Source: an uncultured delta proteobacterium (GTDB taxonomy: Bacteria > Desulfobacterota > Desulfobaccia > Desulfobaccales > 0-14-0-80-60-11). Taken from it: a DNA stretch of 64,000 nt. Each line of letters opens with the position of its first letter. Position 1 is the first letter of the stretch. The position numbers and the translations under genes are program-made. Location of the stretch: contig CAWETI010000002.1 of the NCBI GenBank assembly GCA_963812015.1, positions 128,001-192,000 of the forward strand, given 5' to 3'. Positions 41,245 through 50,941 of the stretch are shown here, piece after piece. A model generated the notes under the pieces. It saw nothing but the letters and a program-made list of their open reading frames with translations, was not told where the DNA came from and did no database searches.

Positions 41245-41634
41245 GTGAACATCTCGAAAAAATTCCTGGGCTTGGGTCTGGGGAAAAAGTTGGTAGTTGT
41301 GACGGTAATGGCCTTGAGTCTGGTAATGGGATGCGCCAGTTCCCAGCCAACTCCCAGTCCTTATATGCTACCCGGTGCAGGTCTGGGCGCGGCCTTGGGG
41401 GCCGGTCTGGGGGCCGCCATCAATAACCGCAATCCCTGGAAGGGTGCGGCCATCGGCGGGTTGCTGGGCGCGGCTGGGGGTGGTGTAGCCGGGGAGGCTT
41501 ACGGACAAGCGAGAGCGCCCTATCAACCGCAAGGCCCGCCGCCGCAACAACAAGGTTATTACCAGCCCCAGCCGCAGCAGCAACAGCAGGGCTATGGTCA
41601 GCAACAGCCCGCTTATGGGCAACCCCCCGGTTGA
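41245..41634 (+). CDS. Glycine-zipper lipoprotein with Gln/Pro-rich tail
   Basis: Lipobox VMGC; GAGLGAALGAGLGA..GAAIGGLLGAAGG; QQQGYY repeats. Confidence 0.75.
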   Translation: MNISKKFLGLGLGKKLVVVTVMALSLVMGCASSQPTPSPYMLPGAGLGAALGAGLGAAINNRNPWKGAAIGGLLGAAGGGVAGEAYGQARAPYQPQGPPPQQQGYYQPQPQQQQQGYGQQQPAYGQPPG

Positions 41635-41687
41635 CCGGTGGGCGGTTAATCAATCCTGATTCCCGTGGCGGCCAGGTTCACGGATAA

Positions 41688-41722
41688 GCCCCGGTGAGGG
41701 ATCTCACCGGGGCGATTTTTTT
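41688..41722 (+). terminator. Rho-independent terminator
   Basis: GCCCCGGTGAG-GGAT-CTCACCGGGGC-GATTTTTTT. Confidence 0.7.
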
Positions 41723-41819
41723 GAGCACCCGGCATAACTCGACGTCTTGCCAGGCGCAGGGCCTGGAGCTATCGCCGCGATTCCCGGAAACCCGCTTAAA
41801 TTTTGTGAACCGGACCTCA

Positions 41820-43622
41820 CTAGGGGTTCATGGTGTACTTCTGTTCCCCCTTGGGGACGTACCATTTAATGAAGTCATAGTCGATGCCGGCTGGCGCCGG
41901 TTTGATGCCCCGGAAGCGCCGGGAGATGGCAGGCAGGGCGTCGGGCACGAAGAGGAAGGTGTAGGGCTGGTCCTCGGCCAGGATTTGCTGGAAACGGAAG
42001 TAAGCCTGGCGCCGTTTTTCCCGGTCGAAGGTGTGGCGACCCTCGGCCAACAAGGCGTCCACTTCGGGGTTCTTATAGCCGATGACATTGAGCTCGCCGG
42101 GCTTGGTCTTGGTGGAACTCCAGATGTCGAACTGGTCCGGGTCCAGGCCGGTGTTCCAGCCCAACAGGATCGCCTCGAACCGCCCCTTTTGGATGAATTC
42201 CTTGATGAAGGCGGCCCACTCTACGGTGCGGATCTTCACCACGATACCGATCTGCCGCAGACGGCGCTGGATGATTTCGGCGGTGCGCTGCCGGATGTCG
42301 TTGCCCTGGTTGGTGAGGATGGTGAACTCAAAGGGGCGGCCGTCTTTAGTGAGGATCCCCTCGGCATTAGGCTGCCAGCCGACTGCGGCCAGGAGGGCCT
42401 TGGCCCTGGCCGGATCGTAGGCAAATTTGGGCACGTCGGGATTGTAGTACCAGATGCCGGGCTTATAAGGACCATAGGCTTCCTCGCCCAGGCCCATGAG
42501 CACTCCCTCGATGATCTCCTTTTTGTTGATGGCCAGGGTCATGGCCTGGCGCACCCGCCGGTCGGCGAACCGCGAATCGTTCAGGTTGTATCCCAGATAG
42601 ATGTAAGAGAAGGGCATGTAGCGATACTTTTTAAACAGACGATGGAACTTGGGATACTCCGTCTGCCGGGAATATTGCAGGGGGGCGAGGTTCATGCGGT
42701 CGAGGTTGCCGGCCTTCAACTCCAGAAACATGGTGGCCAGGTCGGGCTTCACCAGATAGAGGTAGCCGTTGAGATAGGGGCGGCCTTCGAAGTAGTTGGG
42801 GTTGTAAGCCAGGGCGATCTTCTCTCCGGCCCGCCACTCCTTGAAGATATAGGGGCCGGTGCCGACCGGGTGCCGCCCCAGGGGGGACTTGGTGATGTCC
42901 TGGCCCGCTAACAGGTGCTGGGGCAGGATGGACAGGCCCCAGGAGCCCAGGGCGGGGGCGAAGGGCTGGGGATAGGTGACCCGGAAGGTATAGTCGTCCG
43001 GGGCCTCAGCCTTTTTCACCTGGAGATAGTCTCCGGAATAGGCGGTGGGGGTTTTGGGGTCCACCATCACCTGGTAGGTGAACAACACGTCTTTGGCCGT
43101 GAAGGGGGCGCCGTCGTGCCATTTGACCCCATGGCGCAGGTGGAAGGTGATGGTGAGCCCGTCCGGGGAGATGTCCCAGCTCTCGGCCAGGTCTCCCACC
43201 AGGTTGAGGTCGCCGTCATATTTGACCAGACCGTTGTAGATCAGGCCGATGATGCTGGCCGAGGACGAATCCATGGCCAGGGGCGGGATTAAGGTGCTGG
43301 CGTCGCCGATGGAGGCGTCAAGAAAGAGGTCGCCGTAAGCCGGGCCGGTGTCCGGGCCGCCGTAGATCGGTTCGTCTTTCTCGGACTTGCAGCCGGCGGA
43401 TAGCAGGGCGAAGACGATCAGGCAGATGATGAGATATCGCCAATCGAGATACGGCGACTGGCTGATTCGGGTTGACCTGATGGTGCGGCATGCGGGAAGC
43501 CTCCCCCTCCCCTCGGTGGGAGGGGGTTGGGGGGAGGGGGATTCTTTCTTCAGACAATTCCATGCCAATTTTGTTTCACCCCCACCCTGACTCTCCCCCA
43601 TCCAGGGGGAGGGAATGGTCAC
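41820..43622 (-). CDS. ABC peptide-binding lipoprotein (SBP family 5, AppA-like); start uncertain
   Basis: Lipobox LSAGC; LAESWDISPDGLTITFHLRHGVKWHDG; PVGTGPY; the called start 43700 overlaps the tRNA, so the real start must be lower. Confidence 0.85.
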   Translation of the reverse strand: MTIPSPWMGESQGGGETKLAWNCLKKESPSPQPPPTEGRGRLPACRTIRSTRISQSPYLDWRYLIICLIVFALLSAGCKSEKDEPIYGGPDTGPAYGDLFLDASIGDASTLIPPLAMDSSSASIIGLIYNGLVKYDGDLNLVGDLAESWDISPDGLTITFHLRHGVKWHDGAPFTAKDVLFTYQVMVDPKTPTAYSGDYLQVKKAEAPDDYTFRVTYPQPFAPALGSWGLSILPQHLLAGQDITKSPLGRHPVGTGPYIFKEWRAGEKIALAYNPNYFEGRPYLNGYLYLVKPDLATMFLELKAGNLDRMNLAPLQYSRQTEYPKFHRLFKKYRYMPFSYIYLGYNLNDSRFADRRVRQAMTLAINKKEIIEGVLMGLGEEAYGPYKPGIWYYNPDVPKFAYDPARAKALLAAVGWQPNAEGILTKDGRPFEFTILTNQGNDIRQRTAEIIQRRLRQIGIVVKIRTVEWAAFIKEFIQKGRFEAILLGWNTGLDPDQFDIWSSTKTKPGELNVIGYKNPEVDALLAEGRHTFDREKRRQAYFRFQQILAEDQPYTFLFVPDALPAISRRFRGIKPAPAGIDYDFIKWYVPKGEQKYTMNP

Positions 43623-43672
43623 GTTGTCTTTTCTCTTGCCCCGGCTGTCGGTTTTGGATACATTTAACAAGT

Positions 43673-43749
43673 CGGGACGTGGCTCAGCCTGGTAGAGCAC
43701 AGCGTTCGGGACGCTGGGGTCGGAGGTTCAAATCCTCTCGTCCCGACCA
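43673..43749 (+). tRNA. tRNA-Pro(CGG)
   Basis: CGGGACG acceptor, GCTC-AGCCTGGTA-GAGC D-arm, CAGCG-TTCGGGA-CGCTG anticodon arm, GGAGG-TTCAAAT-CCTCT T-arm, encoded ACCA. Confidence 0.97.
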
Positions 43750-43823
43750 TCTTCCCGGGGCGGTAAGCAAAAAATTACCACTCAATCCTCCCTGAAACCA
43801 GCTTTTTCCCCCAGCCGGAGCCT

Positions 43824-44069
43824 TCATCTCAGAATATCCTGTTTCATCCGCTCGAACTCGTCTTGGCTGATCTCCCCTTTGGCATAGCGCTTTTTCAGGA
43901 TATCCAGGGCGGTCTCGTTCTCAGGACCGGGGCCGGGTGGCCAGGTGCGACCGGAGCGATTGCGGCCGAAGATGCGGTAGAGGACGAAGATAATGACCCC
44001 GAGCCAGAAGATGGGCATGATGATGGGGAAGAACCACAGGTGCCATTGCCAGTAATGTTCGGGGTACAT
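43824..44069 (-). CDS. SHOCT domain membrane protein
   Basis: TM followed by ALDILKKRYAKGEISQDEFERMK. Confidence 0.88.
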   Translation of the reverse strand: MYPEHYWQWHLWFFPIIMPIFWLGVIIFVLYRIFGRNRSGRTWPPGPGPENETALDILKKRYAKGEISQDEFERMKQDILR

Positions 44070-44194
44070 GACTGACCTCTTATGGCCACAGGCGAGACGC
44101 CTATGCTACCATTCTTAAAGGGTTGGGAGGGGGTGCGGGGGAGGGCAGGGACTCGCGTCCCTGGCCCTTCCCCGCAATCACCCTGATCTTCCCC

Positions 44195-46507
44195 TCAACT
44201 CCGCCGGCGCCAGCGGGGGCCCCCGGGGGAATCGGTGATATCGATGCCCCGGGCGGCCAGTTCATTCCGGATCTGATCCGCGGTCTGCCAGTCCCGGCCC
44301 CTCCGGGCCTCTTCCCGGGCCCGCAGCGCCGCCTCGATGGTCTCATCCCCGGCCTCCGCCGCCGGCGCCAGGTTCATGATCCCCAAGACTTCGTCCAGTT
44401 CCTGGAAGCGGGCCAGGATGGCGGCCGCGCCGGCATGCCCCAGCTGGCCGTGGTCGAGGTCGGTGTGAAATTCCCCCACCGCCCCAAAGAGGGCCGACAG
44501 GGCCCGGGAGATGTTGAGGTCGTCGTCCAGGGCGGTGATAAACTCTTTTTTCAGCAGGAAGAGACGTTCTTCCACGGCCGGGGTGACGGGGGCCTCGCCG
44601 GTTGCCAGGGCGAGGCGTTCCAGGAAGTGGTCCAGGCGGGCCCGGGCCACGGCTGCGGCCTTGAGGTTGGTGTCGCTGAGGGCCAGGGGCTTGCGGTAGT
44701 GGGCCGCCAGCAGGAAGTGGCGCACCTCTTCCCCCTGGTAGCCCTGGGACATCAGGTCCCGCACCGTCACGACGCCCGCCTCTTTCAAGGGCCGGCCGTC
44801 CCTCAGGACCCGCTCGCAGTGGAGCCAGACGTTGGCCATGGGTTTGCCCGTGGCCGCGGTGAAGATGGCGTTTTCGTTCTCATCGTGGGGAAAGAGCGAT
44901 TCCACGCTGCCCACGTGGAAATCCACGGAGGTGCCCGGGTGTTTCAGGGCCATGGCGGCGGACTCCAGGTGCCAGCTGGGGCGCACCTGACCCCAGGGGG
45001 TGGTGTAGTAGAGCCCTTTTTTCAGTTCCGCCAGCTTGGCGCGTTTCAACAGGGTGAAATCCCGGGGATTGTCCTTGGCGTACTCGTCCAGGTCCACGGT
45101 TTTGCCCACCCGGATCTTGCTCAGGTCCACCCCGGAGAGACGCCCGTAGTCCTTGAAGCGGGAGATGTCGAAATAAACGGAGCGCAGTTTTTCATAGGCG
45201 TAGCCCCGCTCCAGGAGCTTCCGGGTGAGGTCGACCATGTCGTCGATGTGTTCGGACGCCAGGGGATAGAGGACGCCCCCCTGGAGGCGCAGGTCTTCGG
45301 CGTCCCGGAAGAATTCCTGCCGGAAGTGCCCGGTGAAGGCTGCCAAGTCCTGGCCCGCGGCCGCGGCCCCGGCCAGGGCCCGGTCGTCCAGGTCGATGAG
45401 GCTCACCACCTGGCGGACCTTGAAGCCCCGGAAGTTGAGGTAGCGGTGGAGCAGGTCGGCCACCACCAGGCGGCGGGCCACCCCCAGGGAGAGATGGCCG
45501 TAGAGGGCCGGACCGTCGGCGAAAATCGCAGCCTCACCAACGCGCCGGGGCTCGAAGGCCTCCTTGCTCCGGGCCAGGGTGTTGTAAAAGCGGAGGGTGG
45601 GGGCCTCCTTTTCGGTGAACAGGGTAGTGGAGAGGTAGCGTTCGCCGCCATCAGGGGCGATAACCACGATGAGGCCGCTTTCTAACTCCCGGGCCTTGCG
45701 GATGGCCACGGCCACCGCGGCGCCGGAGCTCATGCCCAGGAACAGGCCTTCCTGGCGGGCCAGGCGCCGTGCGGTCTCGTAACCCTCTTCGTCCTCGATG
45801 TTGACAATCTCGTCGGCCTTGGTCTTGTCGAAGATCCCCGGCTTATAGGACTCCTTCATATTTTTCAGGCCCTGGAGGGCATGGCCCAGGAACGGCTCCA
45901 CGCCCACGATGCGGATGTCGGCATTGAACCGCTTCATGCCCGCATACAGGCCCATGAGGGTGCCGGTGGTGCCCATGGTGGCCACCACCATGGTGACCTT
46001 GCCTTCGGTCTGGTCCCAGATCTCCCGGCAGGTGGACTCGTGGGACCGGGGGTTGACGGGGTTGTTGAACTGGTCCGCCAGGAAATACTTGTCCGGATGT
46101 TCCCGGGCCATCCGGTAGACCTCTTCGATGGCGCCGTCGGTGCCCAGGTGGGCCGGGGTCAGGAGGAGTTCAGCCCCCATGCCCTTGAGGATGCGTTTCC
46201 GCTCCAGGCTGGCGGACTCGGGCATGGTCAGGAGCAGGCGGTAGCCCTTGACCGCGCAGACCATGGCCAGACCGATGCCGGTATTGCCGCTGGTGGCCTC
46301 GATGATGGTCTTCTCCGGGGTCAGTTCCCCGGAGGCTTCCGCGGCCTCGATCATGGCCAGGGCCGGGCGATCCTTGACGGAGCCCCCAGGATTGAAATAC
46401 TCCAGTTTGAGGTAAATCTTCACCTGGGGATGGGGGTTGAGACGGTTCAGGCGGACAATGGGGGTCTGCCCGACGAGCTCCAGTATGTTATTGGCCTTGC
46501 GTGACAT
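44195..46507 (-). CDS. Cysteine synthase (CysK/M) fused to a degenerate cysteinyl-tRNA synthetase domain
   Basis: N-half: NPGGSVKDR (PLP Lys), ATSGNTG, GTTGT, GMSSGA; C-half collinear with CysRS but C28>D, HIGH>SLGV, C209>S, KMSKS>PLKEA. Confidence 0.9.
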   Translation of the reverse strand: MSRKANNILELVGQTPIVRLNRLNPHPQVKIYLKLEYFNPGGSVKDRPALAMIEAAEASGELTPEKTIIEATSGNTGIGLAMVCAVKGYRLLLTMPESASLERKRILKGMGAELLLTPAHLGTDGAIEEVYRMAREHPDKYFLADQFNNPVNPRSHESTCREIWDQTEGKVTMVVATMGTTGTLMGLYAGMKRFNADIRIVGVEPFLGHALQGLKNMKESYKPGIFDKTKADEIVNIEDEEGYETARRLARQEGLFLGMSSGAAVAVAIRKARELESGLIVVIAPDGGERYLSTTLFTEKEAPTLRFYNTLARSKEAFEPRRVGEAAIFADGPALYGHLSLGVARRLVVADLLHRYLNFRGFKVRQVVSLIDLDDRALAGAAAAGQDLAAFTGHFRQEFFRDAEDLRLQGGVLYPLASEHIDDMVDLTRKLLERGYAYEKLRSVYFDISRFKDYGRLSGVDLSKIRVGKTVDLDEYAKDNPRDFTLLKRAKLAELKKGLYYTTPWGQVRPSWHLESAAMALKHPGTSVDFHVGSVESLFPHDENENAIFTAATGKPMANVWLHCERVLRDGRPLKEAGVVTVRDLMSQGYQGEEVRHFLLAAHYRKPLALSDTNLKAAAVARARLDHFLERLALATGEAPVTPAVEERLFLLKKEFITALDDDLNISRALSALFGAVGEFHTDLDHGQLGHAGAAAILARFQELDEVLGIMNLAPAAEAGDETIEAALRAREEARRGRDWQTADQIRNELAARGIDITDSPGGPRWRRRS

Positions 46508-46548
46508 AGCGGCATCCAAACTCCTGGCTTTGGCGGTGAAGCAAAGGA

Positions 46549-46839
46549 TTAAGCCCCTTCCTCCTTACCCGTGGCGCCGCACTCCTCCTGGTTCTCCATT
46601 TCTTCGGCCAGGTAATTATTGATCAGGTTAATCAGGGTGAGGACGAAAAACCGGCGGGCCTCGGGCTCGTCATGCATCACTTCCATGAGGCGGTAAACCA
46701 GGGACAGGACTACCAGCCCCGCCTGGGAAGGTGACACATCTTCCTGGTTGAAGCGCTCCAGAATCTCATTCACCAGGGGACGGACGCTCTCCTCCAACGC
46801 GGCATCGCTGGTGAAGGCGGCGGTATCGATTTTGGTCAT
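46549..46839 (-). CDS. Small acidic helical hypothetical protein, probably cotranscribed with the CysK-CysRS fusion
   Basis: AAGGA RBS; 96 aa; stop lies about 40 nt upstream of the fusion start. Confidence 0.65.
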   Translation of the reverse strand: MTKIDTAAFTSDAALEESVRPLVNEILERFNQEDVSPSQAGLVVLSLVYRLMEVMHDEPEARRFFVLTLINLINNYLAEEMENQEECGATGKEEGA

Positions 46840-47119
46840 GGCTTGATCCTTGGGGTTTCCTAAAACTCTTTAATTATAAGGAAAAACCTACCATATTCCC
46901 CGGCGGTTTGCAAACTTCGGGGGCAGGGTCCGGCGCGGGAAGCCGGGGCAGAGGGCGCAGGGCGAGGACCACCCACCTGCCAGACCGGCCAGGGGCCAAA
47001 ATGCTGTTTAATTTTCCCGCCAGGACGTTTATCAATCTTTACCCGCGTTCATAAAAAAATAATGCAAGTTAAATAATAAGAGCCTTAATTAATTAGATTA
47101 ATGTGAACAATTCTCTCAA

Positions 47120-47135
47120 TGGTACGGTCTTTGCT
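47120..47135 (+). promoter_or_regulatory. sigma54 (-24/-12) promoter
   Basis: TGGTAC-GGTCT-TTGCT matches TGGYAC-N5-TTGCW; AT-rich upstream region. Confidence 0.65.
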
Positions 47136-47243
47136 TTTATTAATAACGTGAGTCGCGCCCGGTGGGGCGCCTGGCTGTCTGTCACGAAACCGGAACGACC
47201 ACAATGCTTTTGCGAGCCCCCCAATTGATCATGTTGAGGTTTG

Positions 47244-47510
47244 ATGATGAAAGATAAATCGGACACCCCCCCGAGTTTTCTCAAGATGGAGCAGGCCCGG
47301 AAGTTGATGGATCAAGGTCATCATCATGAGTCCCTGGTCCTGGCTTTGGAGGTGCTGCTACAAGAATTGGACTCCCTGCGGGATTCTCTCCTGGCCCTGC
47401 AGATGGCGACCCGGTCGGAATACCAGACCTTTACCCCAGATATCCCGGAAGAACATCCCCAACCCGACCATTACTGGCTGCCGGCAGTCAAACCTCGAGT
47501 TTTGCATTGA
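47244..47510 (+). CDS. Small hypothetical protein
   Basis: GAGG RBS; helical or coiled-coil core. Confidence 0.55.
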   Translation: MMKDKSDTPPSFLKMEQARKLMDQGHHHESLVLALEVLLQELDSLRDSLLALQMATRSEYQTFTPDIPEEHPQPDHYWLPAVKPRVLH

Positions 47511-47877
47511 GTCAGGGCAGTGATCACGGCTCTTGCGCCTGCCTCGGCCAAGCTCCCGCCCCGGATTATTTTCAAGAAAATAGGACTGTTGCTCTCCCCC
47601 GGGAGGCGCCTCGGGGTTAGTTGATGGTCGGGGCCACCGCGGCGGGGGGAACAGCCCCGGACCGCCGGCATGGCCAGGCCGCCCCACCCGGATCACGGGA
47701 GCCGGTACCACCCGCCTTATCAGGCCAGCATCACCCTGCAAGGGATGGCGGGGCTCTGAACTCCTCTCAGTGCCGCGGGCTCCGGAGATTGCCTCCCGCT
47801 TCCCTTTTTGTTAAACTAAAACGGCCTGCCGTTCCTGTCGGGGCGGAAGGCCTAATTTCTTTTCGGGACCCCTGGCC

Positions 47878-49095
47878 TTGTCTCCTGATCTCGAGAAACT
47901 CCGCATTCAACGCCCGGAGGGAGAGCGCCCAGTGGCGTCCTCCTCCCGAAGCCGGATTATCATCATGGTCCTGGGGGCAGCCCTCTTGGGCTTCGTAGGG
48001 CTCTACCTCTGGGGTCCACTCCAACCGGCGGCGGAAATTACCACCGCGGTGGCGGCCCGCCTCTATCCGGCCCAGGCCTACACGGTTTTAAACGCCAGCG
48101 GCTATGTGGTGGCCCAACGCAAGGCGGCGGTTTCCTCCAAGAGCACCGGCCGGTTATCTTTCCTGGGGGTGGAGGAAGGCAGCCGGGTCAAGAAGGGGCA
48201 GATTCTGGCCTCCCTGGAGAATGAGGACCTGATCGCCTCCCGGAACCAAGCCATCGCCCAGGTGAAGCAGGCCGAGGCCGACCTGGGCACCGCCCAGGCG
48301 GAGCTGGTGGACGCCGCCCTCCAGTATCGCCGTTATAAAACCCTGGTGGCTCAGGACCTCATTCCCAAGCAGGACTTTGACTCCGCCGACGCCCGGGACA
48401 AGAAGGCCAAGGCCGGGGTGGCCGCGGCCCAGGCCCGGATCAAGGTGGCCCGGGCCGGCCTGGCCAATACCCAGGCGGGCCTGGAATACACCTACATCCG
48501 CGGCCCCTTCGACGGGGTGGTGACCACCAAATATGCCGAGGTGGGGGAAGTGGTGGCCCCCTTCGGCGCCGCGGCCAATGCCCGGGCCGCGGTGGTGACC
48601 ATGGCCGACCTGAACTCCCTGATGGTGGAAGTGGATGTGGCGGAGTCCAACCTGGATAAGGTGCGCCTGGGTCAACCCGGTGAAATCTCCCTGGACGCCA
48701 TTCCCGACCGGCGCTTTGCCGGCGAGGTGCACATGATTGTGCCCACCGCCGACCGGACCAAGGCCACTGTGCTCACCAAGGTGAAATTTCTGGAGACGGA
48801 TGACCGCATCCTCCCGGAAATGAGCGCCAAGGTGGCCTTTCTCAGCAAATCCCTGGAGCCTGGGGCCCGCCAGCCCCGCCTGACCATCCCCAAGGGCGCC
48901 CTCCTCACCCGGGACGGCCGCGCCGAGACCTCCCTGGTGGCCGGCAACCGGGTGAAACTGGTCCCCATTACCCCGGGCCTCACCATGAACGACCTGGTGG
49001 AGGTCGCCGGCGGCCTCAAGGAAGGGGACCGGGTGGTCTTGAACCCGCCCGCCTCCTTGAAGGACGGCTCTCGGGTGAAAGTCAAAGAGTCATGA
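47878..49095 (+). CDS. Periplasmic adaptor (MFP) of ABC exporter
   Basis: LNASGYVVAQRKAAVSSK.TGRL, IRGPFDGVV, IVPTADRTKATV. Confidence 0.9.
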   Translation: MSPDLEKLRIQRPEGERPVASSSRSRIIIMVLGAALLGFVGLYLWGPLQPAAEITTAVAARLYPAQAYTVLNASGYVVAQRKAAVSSKSTGRLSFLGVEEGSRVKKGQILASLENEDLIASRNQAIAQVKQAEADLGTAQAELVDAALQYRRYKTLVAQDLIPKQDFDSADARDKKAKAGVAAAQARIKVARAGLANTQAGLEYTYIRGPFDGVVTTKYAEVGEVVAPFGAAANARAAVVTMADLNSLMVEVDVAESNLDKVRLGQPGEISLDAIPDRRFAGEVHMIVPTADRTKATVLTKVKFLETDDRILPEMSAKVAFLSKSLEPGARQPRLTIPKGALLTRDGRAETSLVAGNRVKLVPITPGLTMNDLVEVAGGLKEGDRVVLNPPASLKDGSRVKVKES

Positions 49096-49811
49096 GCGAC
49101 AATTCGGTCCTCGCCCCGGCCCCGGTGGTGGAGATCACCCACCTGAATAAATCCTATCGCCGGGGCGGCCAGGTGCTGCCGGTCCTCCAGGACATCAACC
49201 TCACCATCCAGACCGGGGAATTTTTGGCCCTCATGGGCCCTTCCGGCTCCGGGAAAACCACCCTCCTCAACCTCATTGCCGGATTGGACCGCCCGGACTC
49301 CGGCCGCCTCACGGTGCACGGCATCGACCTGCCGAGCCTCACCGAAGCCCAACTGGCGGATTGGCGGGCCGCCAACGTGGGCTTCGTCTTCCAGTTCTAT
49401 CACCTCATCCCGGTGCTCACGGCCTTTGAAAACGTGGAACTGCCCCTCCTCCTCACCAAGCTGCGCCGCCGGGAGCGCCGGGAGCATGTGGACCTGGTCC
49501 TGGAGTTGGTGGACCTGAGCGATCGCCAGCACCACTACCCGGGCCAGCTCTCCGGCGGCCAGCAGCAGCGGGTGGCCATCGCCCGGGCCCTGGTCACCGA
49601 CCCCACCCTGATCGCCGCGGATGAGCCCACCGGTGACCTGGACAAGAAATCCGCCGGATAAATCATGGACCTGTTGACCCGGCTGAACGAAGCGTATCGG
49701 AAGACCATCATCATCGTCACCCACGACCCGGAGGCGACGCACCACGCCGGCCATATCCGCCGCCTGATCAAGGGGCAGCTCTTGAACAACCAGGAGCGGC
49801 AGGCGGATTGA
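49092..49811 (+). pseudogene. LolD/MacB-type ABC ATPase with in-frame TAA at 49659-49661
   Basis: GPSGSGKTT, LSGGQQQR, DEPTGDLD then SAG*IMDLL..KTIIIVTHD continues in frame to TGA 49811. Confidence 0.8.
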
Positions 49812-49991
49812 TTGAACAGAAATTTTCAGGGGGCAGGGGCCGGGGATGCGCGCCCCTGCCCTCACAAAAGACTTCCCCTGAACCCCCTCCCCCAATCGCT
49901 TATGCGAGATGGGTGGAAAGCGTAGGGGCGGTTCTTTTCTCAGATCAGTGGCCTAATGGGCCCAGGAAATCGAGCTAAGCAGGGCGGTGAT

Positions 49992-50804
49992 ATGGACATC
50001 AGCAGTCCCATTCCGAAAAATGCTCAAGGCCGCTTTTATCATATCGATTGCGCCCCCGGGGACCTGGCCCCCTACATCCTGACCTGCGGCGATCCCTTCC
50101 GGGCCAAAAGGATTGCCCGGCTTCTTGACCGGGTGGAGATGCGCCGCAAAAACCGGGAGTTTCTCACCTATACCGGCATCTATCAAAACATCCCGATCTC
50201 GGTCATGGCCACCGGCATCGGCGCCGCGGCCAGCGCCATCGCCATCGTGGAAGCGGCCAACTGCGTCACCCCCGTGACCTTTATCCGCCTGGGCACCTGC
50301 GGGGCGCTTCAAGAGTATATCGAGGTGGGGGACCTGGTCATCACCGAGTCGGCCCGGTGCGGTGAGTGCACCAGCCAGTGCTATATTCCAGACGGCATTG
50401 TCCCCCGGGCCGCCCCCGGGATCGTGGCGGCCCTGACAGAGGCGGCCGAGGCTTTGAAAGTGCGCCATCACCTGGGCCTCACCCTCACCACGGCGGATTT
50501 TTACGCCGGCCAGGGCCGGTCGGCGCCGGGCTTTCCCAACCCGGACCCCGAAATGCTGGAAGCCCTGAGCCAAAGCGGCGTCCTCAACCTGGAGATGGAG
50601 ATGTCCACCTACCTGGCCCTGGCCGCGGTCTCCACCTTGCCGATCAGGGCCGGGGGCGTCTGCCTGGTCCTCAACAACCGGGTGACCGGCCGGGGCCTCA
50701 CTGCCGCCCAGGCCCGGCGCCGGGCGGAGCGCCGCCTCATCGACGTGGGTTTGCGGGCCTTGGAAATTCTGGCGGCCGGAGATCAGCAAGAGCAAAAATT
50801 CTAG
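49992..50804 (+). CDS. Nucleoside (uridine) phosphorylase
   Basis: FYHI..GDLAPYILTCGDPFRA, NREF, ATGIG, IRLGTCG, DFYAGQGR, NLEME. Confidence 0.88.
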   Translation: MDISSPIPKNAQGRFYHIDCAPGDLAPYILTCGDPFRAKRIARLLDRVEMRRKNREFLTYTGIYQNIPISVMATGIGAAASAIAIVEAANCVTPVTFIRLGTCGALQEYIEVGDLVITESARCGECTSQCYIPDGIVPRAAPGIVAALTEAAEALKVRHHLGLTLTTADFYAGQGRSAPGFPNPDPEMLEALSQSGVLNLEMEMSTYLALAAVSTLPIRAGGVCLVLNNRVTGRGLTAAQARRRAERRLIDVGLRALEILAAGDQQEQKF

Positions 50805-50941
50805 GGGCACAGGCGTCTCGCCGATGATCTCCCAGGCTGAAAGCTACGGCTACCAAGACCTTTGGTTCCCCGGCGGAGTCGGGGGACCGAATGAGATAAA
50901 GCCGCCATCGACTGACCCCTGACCACTGGGAACTGGCAACT

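Noticed and set aside
43673..44100. Integrative element at tRNA-Pro
   Set aside because: No integrase and no duplicated tRNA 3' end seen in the window
47101..47119. Second Rex site (ATGTGAACAATTCTCTCAA)
   Set aside because: Right half-site and spacing do not fit
49659..49661. Programmed readthrough or selenocysteine in the ABC ATPase
   Set aside because: Codon is TAA at a non-catalytic position; other genes use TAA as a normal stop
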